Origin: an uncultured Clostridia bacterium
Lineage (GTDB): Bacteria; Acidobacteriota; Aminicenantia; UBA2199
NCBI GenBank assembly: GCA_964614865.1
Contig: CAZTNO010000001.1
Span: 1 to 44,638 of the forward strand
Length of the DNA stretch: 44,638 bases
Reading direction: 5' to 3'
The notes under the pieces were generated by a model, which saw only the letters and a list, made by a program, of their open reading frames with translations, was not told the DNA's origin and searched no databases. Numbering within the stretch: position 1 is the stretch's first letter; every line of letters begins with the position of its first letter. Below are positions 35,847-42,061 of this stretch, in pieces. Made by a program: the position numbers and the translations under genes.

Positions 35847-36932
35847 TCACGGGGTGTCCCCTTTGAGCAGCCCCAGGGCGAAGGCCAGTTCGGCGTTGAG
35901 CAGGCAGCCGCCGGCGGCGCCGCGCACGGTGTTGTGCACCAGCAGCACCAGTTGGACGCGGCGTGGTCCAGCTCCCTGGCGTAGCCGGCCGATGGTCACC
36001 GCCATGCCGGCCCCCCGTCCCGGACCACCGGCCTGGGCATCGCGCCCCGGCTGGGGCCGGTCGGTTTCGTTTCGGACGATCAGGGGGCAGGGCGGCGCCG
36101 AGGGCAACCCCAGTTTCTGGGGCAGGCCGCAAAAATCCTCCAGCTCCTGGCGGAGCGAGTCGATCTCCACCTCTTCGGCGAATTCGAGATCGACACACTC
36201 CAGATGCCCCTCCCGTACCGCCACCCGGGTGCAGGTGGCCTGGATCTCGAGCGGGCGGGGGGCGATGCCCGCCTCGGTGACGGTGCCGAGGATCTTTTTG
36301 GTTTCCCGCCCGATCTTCTCTTCCTCACCGGCAATCCAGGGGATCACCGTGCCCAGGATATCGAGGGCGGGAAGCCCCCGCCTCCCCGCCCCCGAGACGG
36401 CCTGCTGGGTGGTCACCGATACTCCGCAAAGCCCCCCGCGGGCGGCCAGCGGCCGCAGGGCCAGCACCAGCCCCGAGGTCGAGCAGTTGGGGCCGGCGAC
36501 GATAAAGCCGCCGTGCCGCTCCTGCTGCCTTTGGGCCAGCTCCAGGTGGTCAGGATTCACCTCGGCGACCACGATCGGGATGTCCTCCTCCATGCGCAGC
36601 GGGCCGGCGTTGGTGAAGACGGCCATGCCAAGCGCCCGGCACTCCCGTTCCAGCGGGGCAGCCAGCGGCCCGGGCAGGGCCGAGAAAACCCCCCGCACCC
36701 CCCGTTTGATTAATTCCCGGGGGTCTGCGGCAAGCAGTGGCAGGTCGGATACTGGCGGCGGGATTTCGCCATCGAGTGACCAGATCACCCTCTGGCGGTA
36801 GGGGAGGCCCCGCGAGCGTTCCGAGGCGACGAGGGCTACCGGTTCGAAATAGGGATGGTCTGCGAGCCGCTCGACGAATCGTTGGCCGACCAGCCCGGTG
36901 GCTCCCAAAACGGCGACGGGTAGGCGGTTCAT
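35847..36932 (-). CDS. asd: Aspartate-semialdehyde dehydrogenase
   Basis: VAVLGATGLVGQRF (NADP-binding site), active-site GPNCSTSG. ATGA overlap with the upstream UPF0280 gene. Confidence 0.9.
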   Translation of the reverse strand: MNRLPVAVLGATGLVGQRFVERLADHPYFEPVALVASERSRGLPYRQRVIWSLDGEIPPPVSDLPLLAADPRELIKRGVRGVFSALPGPLAAPLERECRALGMAVFTNAGPLRMEEDIPIVVAEVNPDHLELAQRQQERHGGFIVAGPNCSTSGLVLALRPLAARGGLCGVSVTTQQAVSGAGRRGLPALDILGTVIPWIAGEEEKIGRETKKILGTVTEAGIAPRPLEIQATCTRVAVREGHLECVDLEFAEEVEIDSLRQELEDFCGLPQKLGLPSAPPCPLIVRNETDRPQPGRDAQAGGPGRGAGMAVTIGRLRQGAGPRRVQLVLLVHNTVRGAAGGCLLNAELAFALGLLKGDTP

Positions 36933-37660
36933 GAGGCGACTCCCTGGATTTTACGGGCGATCCGCCGGGGGTCTACCGGGACGCGGATCAGTTCGGGCAG
37001 GGCGCCCAGGGTGAGCAGGTGACCTCCGGCGATCACCAGCAACCCCTCGATGCCCGCCAGCAACAGCGGGGGCATGGCCCGGGAGATCTCCGCTGGATCG
37101 TGGCTGCGAACCGCATTGCCCAGGGCGGTGGCCACCGCGTCGGCCAGGGCGGCGTCGCCCGCCACCACCGTGGCAGCGTCGGCGCAACCGAAGCTCAGCG
37201 AGTGGCCGACCGTCCCCGACGAGGTGCAGACCGAGCGGATGCGAGGGGCGGGGGGGAAGAGCAAGGCCAGGTCGCGCACCGGCGAATCGCCGGCGAAGAG
37301 GCCGACCGGTACGGGGCGACTGAGCCACAAGGCGATATCGCCCCCGTTGTCGACGATGGCGTGGTCTGCCCCGGCGGCGATCATCGCTCGCAGGGCCGAT
37401 TCGGCGATCGCTCCAGCAACCGCTGCCATCGGGCCGACGCCGGCCCGGCGGGCGGCACGGGCCATTAGGCAAACGATCGGCGGGGCGCCCTTTGCGACCG
37501 GGATGGGGACCAGCGCGTCGAGGAACTCGGGCCGGGAGGAGATGTACTCCCGTAGCAGGCGGTCCTGATCGGTGATGGCGGCGATCGCCGCCGGCACGAA
37601 GCGGTCGCCGGCGATCACCGTGGCGAATGTCGATCCGATTTCCAGGTGGTGGCGTTTCAT
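36929..37660 (-). CDS. UPF0280 (COG2122, ApbE-superfamily) protein
   Basis: Starts MKRHHLEIGS at 37660. GPMAAVAGAIAESAL...IVDNGGDIAL is the family pattern. It overlaps both neighbours by 4 nt. The remainder of the listed 569-aa ORF is an out-of-context extension over the DUF39 gene. Confidence 0.65.
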   Translation of the reverse strand: MKRHHLEIGSTFATVIAGDRFVPAAIAAITDQDRLLREYISSRPEFLDALVPIPVAKGAPPIVCLMARAARRAGVGPMAAVAGAIAESALRAMIAAGADHAIVDNGGDIALWLSRPVPVGLFAGDSPVRDLALLFPPAPRIRSVCTSSGTVGHSLSFGCADAATVVAGDAALADAVATALGNAVRSHDPAEISRAMPPLLLAGIEGLLVIAGGHLLTLGALPELIRVPVDPRRIARKIQGVAS

Positions 37661-38793
37661 TTTTCCCTCCGCGGCGGGCGCACCGTCAGGGGACGTACCT
37701 GGGCCTGGGTGGGCAGGGGGGCCACCGCTTGGGTGAGCAGGAATCCGCCCTGCTCGATTTGCCGGCGCAACTCGTCTGCCACCCTGCGGGCGCCCCGCTG
37801 GCTGGACAGCGAGGAGGTTTTGGCCAGGCGGCCATTCACCTCGATCTCGCCGCTGCGCAGTTCCTGGTAGGTCACGGTGCGCAGCAGCGGGCGCTCGCGC
37901 GACGGCACGCCGTAGTCCAGCAGCCCGGTGACGATATCGCCATCGGCGATGCCGGTGCTGGCGGCCATCTGCTCGTCCAGGATGGGGATGGGGATGCCCA
38001 GGCCCACGTAGAGGGTGACCCCGTAGCCCTGGAAGCAGGCCGCCCGCAGGAAATCGGTCGACATGCCGCGCAGGTCCCCCTGCACCATCAGGGTGCCGAA
38101 GCCTGCCGCCGGGTTGTGCTGCGAGCCGGGGCCGGTGACGTAGCCTTCGCCTCCGCCGAGCAGGATGCGGGTGCCGATGCCGATGGTGCGGTACGACGGG
38201 TCGTTTTGCAGCGGCGAGAGCTCTCCCGCCCCCGAGTAGGTGACGCCAGCCAGGTTCGGCAGCAGCCGTCCCATGTAGGTGCGCAGGGTGCGCGGTCCCG
38301 AGTTGGTGGCGGCGTTGTAGCGCTGGTAGCCGTTGCGCGGGTTGCACAGCACGGCGAAGTTGAGGTCTTCCAGGGCGATGCGGGTGAAAAGCCGCTTGCG
38401 GGGGTAGCAGTCGGTGCCGCGGGAGACCGCCCGTAGCACCACCTCCCGGCCGGCCAGCAGGTCCTCGATCACGTGGGCGCCGCCGTAGCCGGGGTTGCCC
38501 CGGGCCTCCTGGGTGGCCCCCAGGTAGGCGTCGACCGCGGCCACCCCGCCGTGGGCCTCGACCCCGTTGAACACCATGCGGGACATCTTCTGCGGCGGCT
38601 CGCTGTGGCCCACGTTGAGGAAGACGCCCGACGAGCACATGGCGCCGAAGGTCCCGGTGGTGACTACGTCGACCTGCCGGTAGGCCTCCGCGGGGCCCGC
38701 CTCGCGCACCAGTTTCGTCATCTCGTCGGCGCGCAGCACGCGCACCGTTTTTTGAATGATCCGTTCGTTGATTTCGGATACCGTTCTGGACAT
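37657..38793 (-). CDS. DUF39 / COG1900 homocysteine biosynthesis protein
   Basis: VDVVTTGTFGAMCSSGVFLNVGH near the N-terminus is the hallmark of the COG1900 family. About 380 aa with no CBS domains. AAGGAG Shine-Dalgarno. Confidence 0.75.
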   Translation of the reverse strand: MSRTVSEINERIIQKTVRVLRADEMTKLVREAGPAEAYRQVDVVTTGTFGAMCSSGVFLNVGHSEPPQKMSRMVFNGVEAHGGVAAVDAYLGATQEARGNPGYGGAHVIEDLLAGREVVLRAVSRGTDCYPRKRLFTRIALEDLNFAVLCNPRNGYQRYNAATNSGPRTLRTYMGRLLPNLAGVTYSGAGELSPLQNDPSYRTIGIGTRILLGGGEGYVTGPGSQHNPAAGFGTLMVQGDLRGMSTDFLRAACFQGYGVTLYVGLGIPIPILDEQMAASTGIADGDIVTGLLDYGVPSRERPLLRTVTYQELRSGEIEVNGRLAKTSSLSSQRGARRVADELRRQIEQGGFLLTQAVAPLPTQAQVRPLTVRPPRREK

Positions 38794-38926
38794 GGGTATG
38801 CTCCTTTTCCTGGATTCTCGAAAAAAGGGGGTGGCGCGCCCGAATATCCGTTCGCCCGGTCAGGGGCTGGCGGCTATCCGGGCCTCACATACACATCCAG
38901 AACGATGCGGTGGGGCGGATATTCAC
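38794..38926 (-). promoter_or_regulatory. Structured ~130-nt 5' leader of the homocysteine operon (candidate unclassified riboswitch or attenuator)
   Basis: A perfect 9-bp inverted repeat (38916-38924 / 38842-38850) encloses 65 nt. Inside it is a nested 6-bp hairpin (38878-38883 / 38854-38859). CUGGAU (38900-38895) is complementary to AUCCAG (38815-38810) next to the Shine-Dalgarno sequence. A U6 run sits at 38826-38821. Confidence 0.4.
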
Positions 38927-38933
38927 GGCAACG

Positions 38934-38942
38934 ATTCTAGCA
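38934..38942 (-). promoter_or_regulatory. Extended -10 promoter element for the homocysteine operon
   Basis: Minus strand reads TGCTAGAAT (TGn + TAGAAT). The -35 region (TTCCCT) is weak. The predicted TSS falls 1-2 nt before the 5' arm of the leader stem. Confidence 0.35.
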
Positions 38943-39019
38943 CAGTCGCTGCCAGGAGGGAAGGGGGCGCTTGCCCTGGCTCCTCCAGCGTGATACAAAT
39001 CCTTTTCCGGAGGCCCAGA

Positions 39020-39817
39020 ATGACCGTACCGCTGTGGATCGTCGACGCCTTCACCGGGGAACCGTTTGCCGGCAACCCCGCCGCCGTCTGCCTGCCGGGG
39101 AAGCCACTTTCCGAGGCGCGGATGCGGCAGGTCGCCGCCGAGATGAACCTGTCGGAGACCGCCTTCCTGGTCGCGGAAGGCTCGGGGTACCGGCTGCGCT
39201 GGTTCACTCCGCGGGTGGAGGTCGACCTGTGCGGCCACGCCACCCTGGCCTCCTGCCACGTGCTGTGGAGCGAGGGGTTCCTGCCGCCGGAACAACCCGC
39301 AATCTTCGAGACCCGCTCCGGAAGGCTCTCGGCCCGGCGCGACGGCGACTGGATCGAGCTCGACTTCCCGGCCCGCAAGTCCACCCTGGCCTCTCCCGAT
39401 GGTGCGGTCCTGCGGGCGCTGGGCTGCGAGGCCGTCTCCACCTGGAAGACGGCGGACAACTTGCTGGTGGAGGTGGAAGACCCAGAGACGGTGCGGCGCC
39501 TGGCCCCCGACTTGCCCGCCCTGGGGCGGCTCACCGAACACGGGGTGATCGTCACCGCACGCGGCGCGGAGCGGGGGATCGACTTCGTCTCGCGCTTCTT
39601 CGCCCCGGCCGTCGGCGTCGACGAGGATCCGGTGACCGGCTCTTCCCACTGCTCGCTGGTCCCCTTCTGGGCGGGGAAGCTTGGGAAAACCGAGTTTTTC
39701 GCCCGGCAACTCTCGGTTCGCGGCGGCCAGCTGCGCCTGAAACTTGCCGAAGAACGGGTGGTGATCGCCGGCCAGGCAATCACCGTGCTGCGGGGGAAGC
39801 TCGAACTGCCCGACTGA
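39020..39817 (+). CDS. PhzF-family phenazine-biosynthesis-like isomerase
   Basis: MTVPLWIVDAFTGEPFAGNPAAVCL...EMNLSETAFL...LRWFTPRVEVDLCGHATLAS matches PhzF/YddE family blocks. Confidence 0.85.
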   Translation: MTVPLWIVDAFTGEPFAGNPAAVCLPGKPLSEARMRQVAAEMNLSETAFLVAEGSGYRLRWFTPRVEVDLCGHATLASCHVLWSEGFLPPEQPAIFETRSGRLSARRDGDWIELDFPARKSTLASPDGAVLRALGCEAVSTWKTADNLLVEVEDPETVRRLAPDLPALGRLTEHGVIVTARGAERGIDFVSRFFAPAVGVDEDPVTGSSHCSLVPFWAGKLGKTEFFARQLSVRGGQLRLKLAEERVVIAGQAITVLRGKLELPD

Positions 39818-39820
39818 CCG

Positions 39821-39840
39821 CTAGTCGTTGCTGCCCCAGA
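39821..39840. repeat. Copy A of a perfect 20-bp direct repeat (CTAGTCGTTGCTGCCCCAGA)
   Basis: Identical 20-mer at 41223-41242. Copy A contains the stop codon and the last six codons (LWGSND*) of the IPT/beta-propeller gene. Confidence 0.95.
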
Positions 39841-41140
39841 GGCTGCGGGGGTCGGTCAGACCGGTGAGGATGCGCGCCGGAGCCGAGGAGGAGGTCAGGT
39901 TCTTGGCATCGGCAAAGACGCAGATCCCCCCGGGAATGGGCCAGGTGACGGGATAAGCGTTTAGATACTCGGCATACGAAACGTACAGGAGGTCGCGCAG
40001 CGGGTCGTACCACAGCCCCTGCGGATAGCCGGGAAAGGGGATGACCGCCGCCGGCGTCGTGTCCCCGTTGGCGGTGGCGGCATGGTCATAGCAGAGGAGC
40101 TGTTTGTGATGGTACGCCGCGACGTAGAGGCGGTCGCTCCTGCCGTCGATCCAGATGTCGTAAAGCCGGGCGGCGAAGAAGAGCGGCCCGGTGATGGACC
40201 GGTCCGGAGTGGTGGGGCCGTTCTTGCCACTGGCGGCGTCGATCACGTGAATGACCGAACTCGAATCGCCCGCGCAACCCACGAAAAGCCGGTCGTTGCC
40301 GGCGTCGTAGCTCAGACTCAGGACGTGTTTGAACGCCGGGCCCGAAAGGATCCGGCTGGGAGCCACATCCGCTCCGTTGTTCGAGTTTTGCGTGGAGACG
40401 TTGCCGAAGACGAGGACAACCCCCTGGTCGGCATCGATGACATACAGTTGGTCTCTTCCCTCGTCGAGAGCGGCCGAACACCACCAGCCCGGGTACGATG
40501 AATTGCGAATTTCCCAGGAAGGCGGGTCGGTCCCGTCCGCGCTTCCCGGATGGGTGAAAACCGTCACCTTGCCCGGGACGGCGTTGGTCACGTAGAGCAG
40601 CTGGCGGCTCGAATCCAAACTGATGTCCTGAGGAAAGCCGAAAGCAGGAGTGGTCAGTTTCCGGTTCGGCGTTACCGAACCCGACAGCGTGTTGGCGGCG
40701 TTGAAGACAGGTACGGTCTTGCTGGAGCCTCCAGCGACGAATAACATGGTGGGCTGGCTGACCTTGAATCCGTCACGCAACGCGCCCAGCTTTCCGTCGG
40801 GGTTGGTGACCACCAGGTCGTTCCAGCCTGTCTGGCGTCCGGTCAGGTCGAAGGTGCCGGTGACGGTCGTCTCCCCGGTCACCCTGACGTTGGAGGCATG
40901 CACAAATCCGGCCGTTCCCGTGCGCACGATCAATTGCAGGTCGGCGCCGCTGCGGAAGCCGCTGCCTGACACGGTCACGGTCACCGTTCCGGTGTTGTCG
41001 CCAAACGACGGGCTGATGGCGGTCGGATCGGGATCCAGGACCTCTTCCTCGGCCGCCTTGCAGAATGGTATGGACAGCAGGAAAGCCAGCCCCAGAATGG
41101 CGGGGAGAATCCGCCTTGGCGAAAGGAATCGGCTCTTCAT
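39821..41140 (-). CDS. Secreted IPT/TIG-domain plus beta-propeller-like repeat protein
   Basis: Signal peptide. PSFGDNTGTVTVTVSGSGF...VVTNPDG resembles an IPT/TIG domain. The rest has repeated LYV/DRLYV beta-propeller-like blocks. ATG 41140 has GGAGG 5 nt upstream. Confidence 0.6.
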   Translation of the reverse strand: MKSRFLSPRRILPAILGLAFLLSIPFCKAAEEEVLDPDPTAISPSFGDNTGTVTVTVSGSGFRSGADLQLIVRTGTAGFVHASNVRVTGETTVTGTFDLTGRQTGWNDLVVTNPDGKLGALRDGFKVSQPTMLFVAGGSSKTVPVFNAANTLSGSVTPNRKLTTPAFGFPQDISLDSSRQLLYVTNAVPGKVTVFTHPGSADGTDPPSWEIRNSSYPGWWCSAALDEGRDQLYVIDADQGVVLVFGNVSTQNSNNGADVAPSRILSGPAFKHVLSLSYDAGNDRLFVGCAGDSSSVIHVIDAASGKNGPTTPDRSITGPLFFAARLYDIWIDGRSDRLYVAAYHHKQLLCYDHAATANGDTTPAAVIPFPGYPQGLWYDPLRDLLYVSYAEYLNAYPVTWPIPGGICVFADAKNLTSSSAPARILTGLTDPRSLWGSND

Positions 41141-41163
41141 CACTTCCTCCGATGGATGCCTGG

Positions 41164-41192
41164 ATTATACGCCCCTGCGGCGGATCTGACAA
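41164..41192 (-). promoter_or_regulatory. Near-consensus sigma70 promoter for the IPT/beta-propeller gene
   Basis: Minus strand reads TTGTCA (41192-41187), 17 nt spacer, TATAAT (41169-41164). Confidence 0.5.
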
Positions 41193-41222
41193 CCGGAGAG
41201 GGGGTGGCCGCGAGCCGGTTCC

Positions 41223-41242
41223 CTAGTCGTTGCTGCCCCAGA
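41223..41242. repeat. Copy B of the 20-bp direct repeat; looks like a relic gene 3' end
   Basis: Identical to 39821-39840. On the minus strand it reads ...SPKGIWGSND*, compared with ...DPRSLWGSND* at copy A. Confidence 0.95.
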
Positions 41243-41351
41243 TTCCCTTCGGGCTGGCGCAGGGAGGGGTGACTGAGTCGCCGCTGGGCGGTTGCCGGTC
41301 CGTTCTGCGGCAAAAATGGGTCGCGGCCCAAAAAAAACCTTTCGGGTGCCA

Positions 41352-41380
41352 TTGACAAAGGCGAGCGGGGCCGTTACTAT
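41352..41380 (+). promoter_or_regulatory. Near-consensus sigma70 promoter of lexA
   Basis: TTGACA (41352-41357), 17 nt spacer, TACTAT (41375-41380). An A8 tract (41329-41336) sits at an UP-element-like position. Confidence 0.55.
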
Positions 41381-41386
41381 CTATGC

Positions 41387-41401
41387 GAACGATATGCGAA
41401 C
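41387..41401 (+). promoter_or_regulatory. Candidate LexA operator, direct repeat GAAC-N7-GAAC
   Basis: GAAC (41387-41390), gatatgc, GAAC (41398-41401). It is embedded in a 10-bp direct repeat TATGCGAACG (41382-41391 and 41393-41402), immediately downstream of the -10 box. Confidence 0.55.
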
Positions 41402-41414
41402 GGAGGCGGAAAGC

Positions 41415-42008
41415 ATGATCACGCCCAAGCAGAAACGGATTCTCGATGCCATCCGCGGGTTGTGGACCCGAGTTGGCGGCGCCCCCTCGCTGCGCGATGT
41501 GGCCCGCGAGGCGGGGCTGCGCTCGCCGGCGACGGTCCATCGCCACGTCGCCCACCTGATCGCCGAGGGGTTGCTGGTCAAGGAGGGGGGGCGGATCGCG
41601 CCTGCCCCGCCGCCCGTTTCCACCGGCACGATCTCGATCCCGCTGGTGGGGACGGTGCCCGCCGGCCACCCCCAGGAGGTGTTCGAGTACCTGGGGCCCG
41701 AGATCGACGTCCCCGACTGGCTGGTGCCCAGGCGCTCCGGCATGGCCGCCCTCAAGGTGCGCGGGGACAGCATGCGCGACGCCTACATCGGCGACGGCGA
41801 CATCGTGGTCATCGAGATGACCCCGCGAGCTGATTCGGGCGACATGGTGGTCGCCGCCCTCGACGACAACGAGATCACCCTGAAGCGCTTGAAGATCGAG
41901 GCGGGGGTGTACTGGCTGGTGCCGGAAAACCCCGAGTTCCAGCCGATGCGGCGCGACGAGTTGCGCATCATCGGTCGGGTCAAGGCAGTCTTGCGGCAGT
42001 ACGCCTGA
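41415..42008 (+). CDS. lexA: LexA repressor (S24 peptidase)
   Basis: N-terminal wHTH (LRDVAREAGLRSPATVHRHVAHL). Cleavage site VPAG. Catalytic Ser in VRGDSM and Lys in ITLKRLK. GGAGG Shine-Dalgarno before ATG 41415. Confidence 0.9.
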   Translation: MITPKQKRILDAIRGLWTRVGGAPSLRDVAREAGLRSPATVHRHVAHLIAEGLLVKEGGRIAPAPPPVSTGTISIPLVGTVPAGHPQEVFEYLGPEIDVPDWLVPRRSGMAALKVRGDSMRDAYIGDGDIVVIEMTPRADSGDMVVAALDDNEITLKRLKIEAGVYWLVPENPEFQPMRRDELRIIGRVKAVLRQYA

Positions 42009-42061
42009 TCCGCGGGGGGCTCCGTTTGCCAAGGCGCCGGGGTTTGTGGTACACCTAGCCC

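Noticed and set aside
38821-38840. The U6 run in the homocysteine-operon leader, considered as a classical terminator
   Set aside because: The sequence just 5' of the U-run (GGGCGCGCCACCCCC) does not form a convincing hairpin. The 9-bp stem ends 15 nt before the U-run. Function as a terminator is therefore not supported by sequence alone.
41375-41415. A palindromic SOS box (GAAC-N4-GTTC or CTGT-N8-ACAG type) at lexA
   Set aside because: No inverted repeat of that kind is present. The two GAAC elements are in direct orientation with a 7-nt spacer, so the direct-repeat model was reported instead.
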